Positions 10,339 through 21,452 of a stretch of 64,000 bases of DNA are shown in pieces. Position numbers and translations under genes: made by a program. Numbering within the stretch: the first letter of the stretch is position 1; each line of letters opens with the position of its first letter. Source of the DNA: an uncultured Lachnospiraceae bacterium (GTDB lineage Bacteria; Bacillota; Clostridia; Lachnospirales; Lachnospiraceae); contig CAJTRA010000006.1 of NCBI GenBank assembly GCA_910578345.1, positions 1,382 to 65,381 of the forward strand, in the 5' to 3' direction. Below the pieces are notes generated by a model, which saw nothing but the letters and a program-made list of their open reading frames with translations, had not been told where the DNA came from and did no database searches.

Positions 10339-11529
10339 ATGACAAACAAAAACGGACGTTTTGGGATGTACGGCGGACAGTATATTCCCGAAACTTTGAT
10401 GAATGCCGTGATCGAATTGGAAAAGGCTTATACTTATTATAAGAACGATCCTGCTTTTCAGACAGAATTGACAGAATTATTCAATGAGTATGCAGGCCGT
10501 CCGTCCAGACTTTACTATGCGGAAAAGATGTCGAGGGATCTGGGCGGCGCCAGGATCTATCTGAAAAGAGAGGATCTGAACCATACCGGTTCCCATAAGA
10601 TCAATAATGTATTGGGGCAGGCTCTGCTTGCGAAGAAGATGGGAAAGAGCCGTCTGATCGCGGAGACAGGAGCCGGTCAGCACGGTGTGGCTACGGCGAC
10701 CGCTGCGGCCCTGATGGGAATGGAGTGTGTCGTCTTCATGGGAGAGGAGGATACCATCAGACAGGCGCTCAATGTGTACCGCATGAGGCTTCTTGGAGCG
10801 GAAGTCGTCTCTGTGAAGACAGGGACAGCGACGTTGAAGGATGCCGTTTCGGAAGCGATGCGTGAGTGGACTTCCCGGATCGCAGATACCCATTATTGTC
10901 TCGGCTCTGTTATGGGGCCGCATCCTTTTCCGGCAATGGTCCGAGATTTCCAGGCAGTCATCTCGAAGGAGATCAAAGAACAGCTTCTTGAGAAAGAAGG
11001 AAAGCTGCCGGACGCAGTGATCGCCTGTGTAGGCGGCGGTTCAAATTCTATGGGCAGTTTCTATCATTTTATAGAAGATAAGGATGTAAGGCTGATCGGC
11101 TGTGAGGCGGCGGGAAGAGGTATCGATACCTTCGAGACAGCGGCGACAGTCAATACGGGAAGAGTAGGTATTTTCCACGGCATGAAATCTTATTTCTGCC
11201 AGGATCAGTACGGACAGATCGCACCGGTGTATTCGATCTCGGCAGGTTTGGATTATCCTGGCGTGGGGCCGGAGCACGCTTATCTGCACGATATCGGACG
11301 GGCGGAATATGTGCCGGTAACTGACGAAGAAGCAGTGTGCGCCTTTGAGTATCTGTCGAGGACAGAGGGGATCATTCCTGCCATAGAGTCTGCACACGCG
11401 GTTGCTTATGCGAAGAAGATCGCACCGGAAATGGAGAAGGATAGAATCATTGTGATCACAATATCAGGAAGAGGAGATAAGGATTGTGCAGCCATTGCAC
11501 GCTACAGAGGGGAGGATATATATGAGTAG
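10339..11529 (+). CDS. trpB: Tryptophan synthase beta chain
   Basis: [16 protein letters not shown] (PLP lysine), [22 protein letters not shown] 10339 after AGGAGG. Confidence 0.97.
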   Translation: MTNKNGRFGMYGGQYIPETLMNAVIELEKAYTYYKNDPAFQTELTELFNEYAGRPSRLYYAEKMSRDLGGARIYLKREDLNHTGSHKINNVLGQALLAKKMGKSRLIAETGAGQHGVATATAAALMGMECVVFMGEEDTIRQALNVYRMRLLGAEVVSVKTGTATLKDAVSEAMREWTSRIADTHYCLGSVMGPHPFPAMVRDFQAVISKEIKEQLLEKEGKLPDAVIACVGGGSNSMGSFYHFIEDKDVRLIGCEAAGRGIDTFETAATVNTGRVGIFHGMKSYFCQDQYGQIAPVYSISAGLDYPGVGPEHAYLHDIGRAEYVPVTDEEAVCAFEYLSRTEGIIPAIESAHAVAYAKKIAPEMEKDRIIVITISGRGDKDCAAIARYRGEDIYE

Positions 11530-12295
11530 GATCAAAACAGCTTTTGAGAATGGAAAGGCCTTTATCGCATTTGTTACCTGTGGAGATCCGGATCTTTCGA
11601 CGACTGCTGCCGTTATCCGTGCGGCAGTAGAAAACGGAGCGGATCTGATTGAGCTGGGAATTCCCTTTTCGGATCCTACCGCAGAGGGGCCGGTGATCCA
11701 GGGAGCAAATGTACGGGCGCTTCGCGGCGGCATAACGACAGATCAGATCTTTGCGCTTGTCATGGAGCTTCGGCAGGATATCAAGGTTCCGATGGTCTTT
11801 ATGACCTATGCAAACGTAGTGTTTTCCTATGGAGCCAGGAAGTTTCTTTCGACTTGCAAGGAAGTCGGGATTGACGGCCTGATTCTGCCTGATCTTCCCT
11901 TTGAGGAGAAGGAAGAATTCCTGCCGGTTTGTCATGAGAATGGAGTAGACTTGATCTCACTTGTGGCTCCTACCTCAGAGAACCGCATTGCTATGATCGC
12001 CAGGGAGGCGGAAGGATTTCTCTATCTGGTATCTTCCCTGGGAGTGACAGGGATGAGAAATGAGATCACGACAGACCTTGCCTCTATCGTGAAGGTAATA
12101 CGACAGAATACAAATATACCGTGTGCGATTGGTTTCGGTATTTCCACACCGGAACAGGCGAAGAAGATGGCAGATCTTTCTGACGGGGCAATCGTCGGTT
12201 CCGCAATCATTAAGATTGTGGAGCAATATGGGAAAGAGGCGCCGAAATATGTTGGGGAATATGTGAAATCGATGAAGGAAGGAATGATATTATAG
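11522..12295 (+). CDS. trpA: Tryptophan synthase alpha chain
   Basis: [34 protein letters not shown]. Start overlaps the end of trpB. Confidence 0.97.
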   Translation: MSRIKTAFENGKAFIAFVTCGDPDLSTTAAVIRAAVENGADLIELGIPFSDPTAEGPVIQGANVRALRGGITTDQIFALVMELRQDIKVPMVFMTYANVVFSYGARKFLSTCKEVGIDGLILPDLPFEEKEEFLPVCHENGVDLISLVAPTSENRIAMIAREAEGFLYLVSSLGVTGMRNEITTDLASIVKVIRQNTNIPCAIGFGISTPEQAKKMADLSDGAIVGSAIIKIVEQYGKEAPKYVGEYVKSMKEGMIL

Positions 12296-12308
12296 TTAAC
12301 GACATTAG

Positions 12309-12375
12309 AAATTGTGCTTTCGGTTCTGCAAAAGCTTCCGTATATGGCTTTGACAGAAACCGGAAGCAGCAATTT
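12309..12375. terminator. Long imperfect hairpin between convergent trpA and esterase genes (probable bidirectional terminator / REP-like)
   Basis: AAATTG-TGCTTTCGGTT-CTG...CAG-AAACCGGAAGCA-G-CAATTT inverted arms. Confidence 0.6.
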
Positions 12376-12413
12376 ATTATGTCGTTTACTATCACTGCAC
12401 GTATGATATTGTT

Positions 12414-13970
12414 TTAATGCTGTACATCCTGTGTCTCAGTGACTTCTTTCATACTGAAGGGAGGAAGAACACTGTCGATCAATTCATATAATCGGTCGTC
12501 GAAATTCATCCTTACTTCACATTTCCGATCGAAGATCATGGTTGGCTCTTTATCGGTGGTCACTTTCGGCCAGGTAGGCAGCTTCTTATGGTTTGGATCT
12601 CCGGTCTTCACAAATGCCATAAAGGCATCGAATACCTGCTCCTGTAATTGATCGCTGACGTTTGGTATGCTGCAGATCTCTACTTTGTCGATATTATGGA
12701 AGAAGAAGGGGATATCGGAACAATGCCATGCGATCTTATTGTGCTCATAGGGGAATTCCAAGGTGAAATCATATAAATATACATTGGCTTTACCACCTGC
12801 GGCGTGTGCCTTTGCAAGCTGTTTGGAGGGCTGGCGCATTGCTCTGTCAAGATACAACAAATCTGTAGGGTTTTTGCCAGGATATGCCTGGGCGAATGCC
12901 TCCATTGCCTCTTTGGTATGGTCGCCGTATACTTTCCGTATCATCTCTTCTATGGCGTCTTGTGTCAGTTTCATCTTATTAAAGGCAGCAGGAGCGAAAG
13001 AAAATTCACCAAATACACTGCCAATCATCACAGGAATTTCATAAGCATGTTCGCGCAATCCATATCCCAGAGGATTTCCCCTGTAGTAGTCGTTGACCAG
13101 TGGGCCGCCGCCGATATAACCGCCTTTTGCAGCAATGTTCGGGCTTACTTTTGCATAAGCTTTAGAAAGTTCATAGTAGGGGACTGTCTCTAACCTTGCA
13201 ACTTCCGTTTCTTCCAGTCCAAGCTCTTTCAAAAGAGCGGTGACGATTTTACGGCCATCTCCCGTGCAGGAGGGCAGTAATTCTTCTGTTGCTACCCCGC
13301 TCATGATCAGTCCTTTGTGGAAAAGGCCATCTGCCTCTGCAATCTGCATCAGGTCAGAAACCTTCATGCCGCCGCCTGATTGTCCAAAAATTGTTACGTT
13401 GTCAGGATCGCCGCCAAATACAGCAATATTGTCATGAATCCATTGTAATGCGGCAACGATGTCTGCATGGCCCGCATTGCCGGAATTGCGGTATTTCTCG
13501 CCAAAAGGAGACAGATCCAGATAACCCAGGATATTCAGTCTGTGATTGACAGAGACTACGACCACATCTCCATAAAGACACATTTGGAAACCGTCATAGG
13601 CTTCCTGTTCGATGGAAGATCCAGCGAAATAACCGCCGCCGTGCAGCCATACGACTACCGGATTTCTGGCGTTTTGTTGGATAGATTTCGTCCAGATATT
13701 CAGATTCTGGCAATGCTCGTCCTGCGGCCAGTAGCGATGTGGCACGAGCAATTCTCCACTTGGCGTGTCTTGTTCCTGAGGGCATACAAAACCGTAAGAT
13801 GTGACGTTCCTGATGCCTTCCCATTTGGAAGCTGTCGGCATTTGAAAACGGTCTGCATGGGCGTATGGAATCCCCTTGAAAATATACTGCCCGTCATAAA
13901 AGTACCCCTTCAGTTGCCCGGATGTCGTTTCCAAAACGGGAACGTCATCATAATTAAATGTTTTGACCAT
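12414..13970 (-). CDS. Type-B carboxylesterase (PnbA-like)
   Basis: FKGIPYA, WLHGGGY, NHRLNILG, FGGDPDNVTIFGQSGGG (nucleophile elbow), WHCSDI. Start at ATG 13970 after AAGGAAGG. Confidence 0.92.
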   Translation of the reverse strand: MVKTFNYDDVPVLETTSGQLKGYFYDGQYIFKGIPYAHADRFQMPTASKWEGIRNVTSYGFVCPQEQDTPSGELLVPHRYWPQDEHCQNLNIWTKSIQQNARNPVVVWLHGGGYFAGSSIEQEAYDGFQMCLYGDVVVVSVNHRLNILGYLDLSPFGEKYRNSGNAGHADIVAALQWIHDNIAVFGGDPDNVTIFGQSGGGMKVSDLMQIAEADGLFHKGLIMSGVATEELLPSCTGDGRKIVTALLKELGLEETEVARLETVPYYELSKAYAKVSPNIAAKGGYIGGGPLVNDYYRGNPLGYGLREHAYEIPVMIGSVFGEFSFAPAAFNKMKLTQDAIEEMIRKVYGDHTKEAMEAFAQAYPGKNPTDLLYLDRAMRQPSKQLAKAHAAGGKANVYLYDFTLEFPYEHNKIAWHCSDIPFFFHNIDKVEICSIPNVSDQLQEQVFDAFMAFVKTGDPNHKKLPTWPKVTTDKEPTMIFDRKCEVRMNFDDRLYELIDSVLPPFSMKEVTETQDVQH

Positions 13971-14164
13971 AGGTATAACCTTCCTTTCACATGATTTTAT
14001 TCCCGCGATCAACGAGTAAAGTGATTGCCAGTAGCGGGGTGTTTGATATTGAATACCGTATTCTGTTGTAAGAAATAAAGTTTGTTATTTATCATAGTAT
14101 AACACAGATCGTTGTTATTTTGATATTAATTTTCATCTGTAGTTAATTTATGTAACGAAAGATT

Positions 14165-15880
14165 CTAATCAAAATCCATGATTTTCTGAATCAGGCAATT
14201 ATTCGTGAGAGGATCGCGCGTTTCATAATGAAATATTACGGCAGCAGGACTGTCAAAAATATAGTGAAATATCTCAACATGCAACAATTTGGTCAGTTCT
14301 CTGTAATTACAGCCTGAAAGTTCTGGAAATAATGTGTGTGTTTCGGACTCTTTGTGCAGAAGATAGTGTATCTTACTTTTCCATCTGTCTGAAGAAAGAA
14401 GAAACGCCGGCCGGTTTTTCATGTGTTCCCGCAGATAGAGATCGTAAGCGATATACTCTTTCAGAAGAGAAGATTCTCTGTCTGGGTTGGATGAGAAGGT
14501 AGTGATCTGCGCGATTCCGAACTCCAGCAGCGCCTCATATTTTCGTATCCGTGATGATTGTATGCCGAAAAGTCCATGCTTCTCATACCAGGAAGCAAGA
14601 CTGGCATATAAGTTGTAAGGTGTTTCAAAGTAATTGCATAAAAACCGCAGCGAATGCATAAATTGTCCACTGTTATAATAGAGTTCCAGGACTTCCTCCA
14701 CCTGTTTTAAATGGCAGATATCATCGTAAGACAGCCATTTGGTGGACAGTACCTCATAAGGAGGGAGGCAGCTCGATTGGAGTTCATATTGTGCAGCGCG
14801 CAGTTCCATGTTGGAACCCTTGAGTACCTTAAGAAAGCCCAGCTGCAGTTGTTCCGGCTGTAGGGCATAGACATCATTGAAGGAAGATTGGAAAGAAGCC
14901 AGGTTTTCAAAGGGAAGTCCCGCGATCAAGTCCAAATGTATATGAATATTATGCCAGGAAGAAATCTGGCGGACCACGGAGGAGACTCTTTGGAAGTCCA
15001 TCTGGCGGTCTACCGCAGCAATGGTCTTTAAGTTGGTTGACTGCACGCCGATCTCCAACTGTACAGCGCCGGGACGCATCTGTTGTAACACTGTAAAATA
15101 ATCCTCATCCAACAGATCTGCCGCCACTTCAAAATGAAAATTTGTTATGCCGTTATCGTGTTCCAGGATGTATTGTAAAATTGGGAGAGAATGTTCTTTC
15201 TTACAGTTGAAAGTGCGGTCTACGAATTTCACCTGTGGCACTTTTTTCTCCAGAAAAAAATGCAGTTCTTTACAGACACGTGGAACGGACCGGAAATCCA
15301 TGGTCTTATCAAGGGAAGATAAACAGTAACTACAGGAGAAGGGGCAGCCCCGGCTGCTTTCGTAGTAAACGATACGGTGATCGAAGTCCGTCGTATCTTG
15401 ATCCGCCAGATCCTGATACCAGAATGGAATCTCATCGAGCGAGAGGGTGGGAGTATTGCTGTGATCGAGGATGGCGGGCAGGCTGTCAGCAGCGCCATCT
15501 ATGTAGGAAGAGACTAAGTGCGGGAAGGAACCTTCTCCGGGGCCGGACATAACGCCCCGAAGCTGCCATCTGACAATCATTTCCTCTGCATGATAGGAAA
15601 CTTCCGGTCCACCGGCCCAGATGTCGGTATCAGGAAGGATCTTGTGCAGATCAGGGATCAGGGCGTCCATCATGCTGCGGTTCCAGATATAACAGGAAAA
15701 GGCGACGACATCGGGATGTCTTTTGTAGATCTCCTGCAGAATATAGGATGGCTGTTGATTGATCGTGAATTCCGCCAGATCTACAAAGGATGCCTGTCTC
15801 CCTGTACAGGAGCGCAAGGAGAAGACGGCAGGATTCGAATGGATATATTTGGCATTGATGGCTACTAATAAGATATTCAT
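14165..15880 (-). CDS. B12-binding radical SAM protein (DUF4080-type C-terminus)
   Basis: N-terminal cobalamin-binding-type FSCYIWN / GGPEVS; SRGCPFSCSYC (CxxxCxxC); KFVDRTFN; HLDLIAGLP. Confidence 0.88.
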   Translation of the reverse strand: MNILLVAINAKYIHSNPAVFSLRSCTGRQASFVDLAEFTINQQPSYILQEIYKRHPDVVAFSCYIWNRSMMDALIPDLHKILPDTDIWAGGPEVSYHAEEMIVRWQLRGVMSGPGEGSFPHLVSSYIDGAADSLPAILDHSNTPTLSLDEIPFWYQDLADQDTTDFDHRIVYYESSRGCPFSCSYCLSSLDKTMDFRSVPRVCKELHFFLEKKVPQVKFVDRTFNCKKEHSLPILQYILEHDNGITNFHFEVAADLLDEDYFTVLQQMRPGAVQLEIGVQSTNLKTIAAVDRQMDFQRVSSVVRQISSWHNIHIHLDLIAGLPFENLASFQSSFNDVYALQPEQLQLGFLKVLKGSNMELRAAQYELQSSCLPPYEVLSTKWLSYDDICHLKQVEEVLELYYNSGQFMHSLRFLCNYFETPYNLYASLASWYEKHGLFGIQSSRIRKYEALLEFGIAQITTFSSNPDRESSLLKEYIAYDLYLREHMKNRPAFLLSSDRWKSKIHYLLHKESETHTLFPELSGCNYRELTKLLHVEIFHYIFDSPAAVIFHYETRDPLTNNCLIQKIMDFD

Positions 15881-15909
15881 TGGATTTTCCTTTCCTTTGA
15901 GCTGGTATT

Positions 15910-17556
15910 TCACCACAAGTATTGTTCTGCGGCATGCACGGAGAAGTTAAAGTTCCGGATATGCATCTCTTCTGACAGTTCCTGTATCTTGAGATAATAC
16001 AGGCGCATCCAGGACAATTCTTCCACAGCCCCCTCTTCCCGGTTCAGGTAAGGATCTATTTCCGCATAGCTTTCCGGAAAGCCTTCCTTGCGGATATATT
16101 CGTTGATATCCGTAATGTAGAAATTAAGCTTATCATTGAGCAGGACGGGCGCGGCATCTGCCGATAAGGAAGAAAGATAGTTCTGGTTATCGTGGATATC
16201 ATAATCATCCAGATAAGCCAGGTGATCTTGATCCAGATTATAGCGGGCAATCCAGTAATCGGGGTGCGCGAAAGACAGGCAGATATAAAATACGGTCACA
16301 ACCGCCATTCCATAAGGAAAGAGTGGAAAACTGTTCTTATAGATGAAAACCGTAACGCCCATCATCAACAGGAAAATAACTGCGAGTGCCCAGAGAACAA
16401 GAATCCGGAGCAGAGTAAGGTTATACCGGTTAATATACATGAGCATCCGCAGCGCACTGGAAAGAATCATGATAAAAGTGCATCCGCAAAGAACGGTGAG
16501 GACAGCTTTCAGCACAATGTTCTTTCGGAAAAGGTACAGGCAGATCAGTACAATGATCAGATTTAAGATACAGACGACAAGCAGTTGGAAGAATCCTTCC
16601 CTGGCATAGCTGGAGTAGGTATGCCCCTCAGGTAATTTCATGTTGCCCACAAAAAGATATAGAATCTGAATCACACTGAAAATCAGGTAGAGAACGCAGA
16701 GCGCCGAGGTAATGATAATCGCGATGACAGGTTCTAACGTTCTGTGATCTGTCGTTTCTTCCTTGATATTCTTCATGGCAAGCGCCGCGTAGGCGGCATA
16801 AGAGCAGAAAAACACCGCAATCGTCATGCATAAGGTTCCCAGCACGGTATAGAAATTGACAGACTCCAGTATTCTGGAAAAAATCTCAGCGAACACGGCA
16901 TCTGCGCTGGCTAACAGTACCGTTACAAATAAAAGTAAGGGGATCGTGATGACAACACCGATCAGAACAGGAATAAAATAACTCTTCTTACCTGTTTTGT
17001 TCTTTTTTTGGATATCAAAATAAATTACCATGTCTACGAAAGGACGAAACAGGCAGCTAAGCGCTGTACCGATCAACTGGAAGCAGGCAGTAAAATATTT
17101 CGGAAGATCCCAGTTTTGATCCAGGTACATGGTATGCAGCATCAGGATAGCGGCAAGCAGCATAATACCGCATTTGTTGAAGAACAATAACTGTGGGGAA
17201 TTAGTAAGACAGTTAGAGATCCCCAGAAGCTGAATACTGATGAGATAAAAAATGCTGCTTTTTTTGTAAGGAACCCCTAACTTTTGCATAGAGAAGAAGA
17301 AATAAAAGAGGGTTCCTGCGACGAAAAAAGGGTAGGTGATACCGGATGCATTCTGATACAGACAGAACGTATAGAAAATTGCATAGAGCAGACTTCCAAT
17401 CCCGAAGAAAGAGAAGTGTGCCTTTAGCTGCTTCGTGTAGACCGTATCGGGCTTTGGTGTGTAGGCCGGCGGCCCGGAAAGGTAGGGGGAAGCAGGAGAA
17501 TTGTTTGAAGCCTGGTTTGTATGGGGGATCTTTGTCTGTTGACTGGTTTGTTCCAT
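15910..17556 (-). CDS. DUF4153/DUF4173-like integral membrane protein
   Basis: Multi-TM; LLASADAVF, YAREGFFQL, YLSSLSADA motifs. Start at ATG 17556 after AAGGAG. Confidence 0.8.
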   Translation of the reverse strand: MEQTSQQTKIPHTNQASNNSPASPYLSGPPAYTPKPDTVYTKQLKAHFSFFGIGSLLYAIFYTFCLYQNASGITYPFFVAGTLFYFFFSMQKLGVPYKKSSIFYLISIQLLGISNCLTNSPQLLFFNKCGIMLLAAILMLHTMYLDQNWDLPKYFTACFQLIGTALSCLFRPFVDMVIYFDIQKKNKTGKKSYFIPVLIGVVITIPLLLFVTVLLASADAVFAEIFSRILESVNFYTVLGTLCMTIAVFFCSYAAYAALAMKNIKEETTDHRTLEPVIAIIITSALCVLYLIFSVIQILYLFVGNMKLPEGHTYSSYAREGFFQLLVVCILNLIIVLICLYLFRKNIVLKAVLTVLCGCTFIMILSSALRMLMYINRYNLTLLRILVLWALAVIFLLMMGVTVFIYKNSFPLFPYGMAVVTVFYICLSFAHPDYWIARYNLDQDHLAYLDDYDIHDNQNYLSSLSADAAPVLLNDKLNFYITDINEYIRKEGFPESYAEIDPYLNREEGAVEELSWMRLYYLKIQELSEEMHIRNFNFSVHAAEQYLW

Positions 17557-17608
17557 GATGGACTCCTTTCTGATAATAGGATGTTTCTTTTTCATAGATG
17601 CTGTTTTC

Positions 17609-17851
17609 TTAATCTGTCGGCTTTCCGGGATCTTTCGGGGGATCGTCGTCTTCCACATATTGCAGCAGATCTCCGGGCTGACAGTTTAGTGCCCTGCAGA
17701 TCTCATTCAGCGTGGAGAGACGGATCGCTTTTGCCTTATTATTTTTCAAGATAGACAGATTCGCAAGGGTAAGATCAATTTCGCCTGCCAGTTCGGTCAG
17801 TCCAATCTTGCGCATCGCCATCATAACATCCAGATTGATGATGATTGCCAT
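17609..17851 (-). CDS. Cro/C1-type HTH regulator (YozG-like)
   Basis: LDVMMA...NLSILKNNKAKAIRLSTL..IC.AL.CQPGDLL. Confidence 0.9.
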   Translation of the reverse strand: MAIIINLDVMMAMRKIGLTELAGEIDLTLANLSILKNNKAKAIRLSTLNEICRALNCQPGDLLQYVEDDDPPKDPGKPTD

Positions 17852-17962
17852 AGCAGCCTCCTTATTCTGTGTTATGGTTTTTTCAAGCTAACTTCTATGT
17901 TACAGCTTTGCTGTGACTAAAATCACACTATGGTGCTCCGCAGCTTGTTTAAGGGTATTTCA

Positions 17963-18409
17963 TTAGATCGTCAGGTCATTTTCCAGCTTATAAGTGACCG
18001 CCTTGTCGAAAATGCCTGCCAGCACTTTACTGAAGAGCCCCGCAATCACGAATACCAGTATGATGATAAAGATAGAGGGCGTAATAAAGATAAAGAGACG
18101 GCATGCAGTGATGACCGCGATGAAAAAGCTGTATGTACTCATCTTCTCAAGACTCTTGACGTTCTCGCGGATGAAACAGTCGTCATTTAGCACAGTCTGG
18201 AACATCCTGCGTAATTGCTGGATAATCAGAATGGCAAAGATGCCGGACAGAAATAAGACGACACAGAGAGAATAGTAGTTTTCCGCAAAATAAGTGCTGT
18301 ATCTGCCATAAAATTTTACACTAAACGGCAGTGTAATCATCACGATGATTCCTGAGTAGAACATGAAATCTAACAGATATTTGGTAAATAGAGTCAGTTT
18401 GTCTTTCAT
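17963..18409 (-). CDS. DUF2975-like membrane protein
   Basis: About 4 TM; F..ENVKSL and C-terminal IFDKAVTYKLENDLTI signature; usual partner of a YozG-like HTH. Start at ATG 18409. Confidence 0.85.
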   Translation of the reverse strand: MKDKLTLFTKYLLDFMFYSGIIVMITLPFSVKFYGRYSTYFAENYYSLCVVLFLSGIFAILIIQQLRRMFQTVLNDDCFIRENVKSLEKMSTYSFFIAVITACRLFIFITPSIFIIILVFVIAGLFSKVLAGIFDKAVTYKLENDLTI

Positions 18410-18538
18410 GAGGTGAATCCTTTCCCTTGGTAATGATATTAAAGATTTCCTTTTCCACCCTGTATATGTTTCCGTATATGGCTCTGACAGGAGACGGAAA
18501 CAGATCTGACAGGGAAACAACTATAATTGTTACCTCAT

Positions 18539-18600
18539 ACGATAGCATCATTAGAAATGAATGTCAATAAAAATTTATCGATTATCAATAAAAAATTATT
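18539..18600 (-). promoter_or_regulatory. Promoter plus palindromic operator of the DUF2975-HTH operon
   Basis: Minus-strand TTGACA (18567-18562), 17 bp, TATCGT with extended TG. Adjacent palindrome TTTATCGAT-T-ATCAATAAA (18574-18592). Confidence 0.55.
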
Positions 18601-18629
18601 AAATAGCAATAATAGAAAAGAGATAGAAT

Positions 18630-18688
18630 AAAACAGCATCCAGATTCAGGGTTTGGAGCTTTGTCCTGAATCTGGATGCTGTTTCTAT
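18630..18688 (-). terminator. Intrinsic terminator downstream of the CotH-family gene
   Basis: AAACAGCATCCAGATTCAGG...CCTGAATCTGGATGCTGTTT perfect 20 bp stem. Confidence 0.8.
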
Positions 18689-18705
18689 TATCCTATTATT
18701 GGTTA

Positions 18706-20580
18706 TTATGGTTTTTGGCCAGATACAGTTGTCACATCCTGTGGAGACAGGATTGCCTGGAAAGTCATATCTGTGATGACCGGAGTGGATTGGTCAGGAG
18801 TAGAGCCATCTTTTATAGATGTCCATCCAGTCACCTGCGCATGTTCTTCCAGTATCTGTGGGAATTCCGGAAGCGTGTCACCATCCAGAACATATAGAGT
18901 ATCATAGACAGTTCCCTCGATCAGTAGAGTGATCTGATGGACGGGAGTCTGTTCGATCCATACCTGATCAAGAAAATCTTTCCGTTGTGCAATATAATTC
19001 TTTAAGAAATCAATCTGCGTTATCCTGTCGCCGCTGTAACCGTTTTCCACATACTGTTCTTCCCAGCGCACCTGATCCATTTTCGCTGAAGCGGCTGTGG
19101 CACCTTCAAGCATGGGCAAAATTTCCTCTTCCAAAAACGGCAGATAAGGACTGATCTTTTCCCGATAACAGGTGATGATTTTTTCATAAAATTCCGGTTT
19201 CCCGTAAAGGCTCTGAAACCAGATAGAAGAATCAATGTGGGAGGCAAGTCGGGTGAGTCTCTCTGGGGAAGTGGAGATCTGGCCCAGATAGTCAGGCGAA
19301 TTTCCCCAGGTGACATCGTAATCCCAGATTGGTCCAGCATACAATCGACCGTCTATTATGTCGGAATCCTTATAGAAATAAGAGCTGGCTACACCGCCAT
19401 CATAATTAGCAGTGATCTCTTCCAGGAGATATTTGTCCACAAAGGAATCTACATCGATCAGTTCCTCATAGGTTTTTCCCGTAGCGGCATCGATCCCTTC
19501 TGAAGAAAGTATCGCATTTTCCACACTTTGTACATAATCGTTGATGTAAGCGATCTGTGCTTCGGAAGTATATTCCGGAGAGCGGACGATAAAGCATTCT
19601 TTAGATTCCGTGATGAAATAGCTTCCGTTGATCTCTACCTCTTTCAGGAATCTGTTATCGAAATCTCTCTCGATCAGATAACCGCCGGTAATGTCTTTCG
19701 GGTCTTTAGGAATCTGTTTGGCTTTGGTGGTGTCAGTCCAGACAGTTTCGTAGCTGTCCAGATCCTCGTCCAGGTTTTCGCGTTCAGTGGCTTTTTCCAG
19801 ATCTGAGATCCGAAGACGGTTTTTCTTGATCTCTATCTTTTCCACTACATAATAATTGCCTTGGTATTCTTGATTCAGATAAAGATCAACGAAGGTTCCT
19901 TCCTCTGACTGTGCTAGTCCTAAATAGTTCGCAAGATTTCTGGAGAGCGCATTTCGGATCAGAGTAGCGTCCGTTGCGTTGGAAATAAAGATCCACTTTT
20001 TCCCAGGTTCCATGCCAAGTAAAGGCGCAGAATCCGATAATTTGATCTGATATGGTTTCTTATCGAATTCTGTGTAGGAGCTATTGCCTCTGCCTTTAAT
20101 ATATTCCAGAGAATGTTTCAGGCTGATACTGCCGTCTGGTTCCAGCACGGTTATGTCTCCGGCTTCTTTTGCATCCTTATTGGTATTGATCAGGTCGGAT
20201 GTCCCAGACTGTGTATTGATAAACACGGCGGGAATGTGCTCAGAGTACATGCGGACAATTGCGTCAGGGTCAATCTCCTCAGAGATTTCTGGTGCCAGAC
20301 CGGCTTCTTTACAGGCGGAAGGCAGAAAAGCGTAATATTTTCCGTTTTTAGACCATAATTTAATTTCTTGCTGCGCTACAGTAAAAGTGAATGTGTTTAT
20401 ATTAGTAGTTGTCTGATGATCTGTCTCTACGCCTTTAGCTGTCATGGATGGGACGCCTTGATTAGCATCGGAAAAAATATTTATAGAGTTTTTTTGCAGA
20501 AACTGGGCGGCAGTGGTTACACAGATCGTTGCGGCTAAAAGAATGCCGGCATACAGACAGGCGATGTATTTTTTATTCAT
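18706..20580 (-). CDS. CotH kinase-family surface protein
   Basis: N-terminal TM/signal; IKGRGNSS, KKPYQIKL, LIRN, YLNQEYQGNY, GGYLIE, NYDG, AGPIWDYD. Confidence 0.85.
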   Translation of the reverse strand: MNKKYIACLYAGILLAATICVTTAAQFLQKNSINIFSDANQGVPSMTAKGVETDHQTTTNINTFTFTVAQQEIKLWSKNGKYYAFLPSACKEAGLAPEISEEIDPDAIVRMYSEHIPAVFINTQSGTSDLINTNKDAKEAGDITVLEPDGSISLKHSLEYIKGRGNSSYTEFDKKPYQIKLSDSAPLLGMEPGKKWIFISNATDATLIRNALSRNLANYLGLAQSEEGTFVDLYLNQEYQGNYYVVEKIEIKKNRLRISDLEKATERENLDEDLDSYETVWTDTTKAKQIPKDPKDITGGYLIERDFDNRFLKEVEINGSYFITESKECFIVRSPEYTSEAQIAYINDYVQSVENAILSSEGIDAATGKTYEELIDVDSFVDKYLLEEITANYDGGVASSYFYKDSDIIDGRLYAGPIWDYDVTWGNSPDYLGQISTSPERLTRLASHIDSSIWFQSLYGKPEFYEKIITCYREKISPYLPFLEEEILPMLEGATAASAKMDQVRWEEQYVENGYSGDRITQIDFLKNYIAQRKDFLDQVWIEQTPVHQITLLIEGTVYDTLYVLDGDTLPEFPQILEEHAQVTGWTSIKDGSTPDQSTPVITDMTFQAILSPQDVTTVSGQKP

Positions 20581-20618
20581 TTTCTACCCCGTTTTTATGT
20601 CGTTTAATGCATTCATAT

Positions 20619-21389
20619 TTAATTGTTTTCTGATGGCAGATCGATCGACAGACCTACCGGACAATGATCGGATCCTAAGACATCTTTGTAGATGACAGCG
20701 TCTTGCAGCTTCTCTTTCAAACTGCCTGAGACAAGAAAGTAATCGATACGCCACCCTGTGTTTTTGGCTCTGGCGCTGAACTGGTAAGACCACCAGGAAT
20801 AGGCGCCTTCCAGATCAGGATAGAAATAGCGGAAAGTGTCAATAAACCCGGCTTCTATAAGCGCTGTAAATCTTGCACGTTCCTGATCGGTAAAGCCCGC
20901 ATTCATACGGTTTGTTTTCGGGTTTTTCAGATCAATTTCCTGATGGGCGACATTCAGATCACCGCAGAAGACGACAGGTTTCTTCTCTTCCAGTTTCTGA
21001 AGATAGGCAAGGAAATCTTCTTCCCAGCGCATACGGTAGTTAAGCCTTGTCAGCTCACGCTGGGAGTTGGGCGTATAGACGGTAAGGAAATAGTGATCCG
21101 GATATTCCAGTGTGATCATGCGCCCTTCATGGTCATGTTCTTCGATTCCCATACCGTAAGATACCGAAAGGGGTTCTGTTTTTGTAAAGACTGCCGTGCC
21201 GGAATAGCCCTTTTTCTCGGCATAATTCCAGTATTGGTGATATCCGGGCAGTTCCAGTGTGATCTGTCCTTCCTGCAGTTTCGTCTCCTGCACACAGAAC
21301 AGATCGGCGTCTTGTTCCAGTAGAAATTCGGTAAATCCTTTACCGACACAGGCCCGCAGGCCGTTCACATTCCAGGATATTAATTTCAT
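20619..21389 (-). CDS. xth: Exodeoxyribonuclease III / AP endonuclease
   Basis: [34 protein letters not shown]. Confidence 0.96.
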   Translation of the reverse strand: MKLISWNVNGLRACVGKGFTEFLLEQDADLFCVQETKLQEGQITLELPGYHQYWNYAEKKGYSGTAVFTKTEPLSVSYGMGIEEHDHEGRMITLEYPDHYFLTVYTPNSQRELTRLNYRMRWEEDFLAYLQKLEEKKPVVFCGDLNVAHQEIDLKNPKTNRMNAGFTDQERARFTALIEAGFIDTFRYFYPDLEGAYSWWSYQFSARAKNTGWRIDYFLVSGSLKEKLQDAVIYKDVLGSDHCPVGLSIDLPSENN

Positions 21390-21452
21390 GATATAGGCTC
21401 CTCTCTGTTGTTTCCCCGCAGATTCGAGATTTACTCGATTTTACAGGAAATT

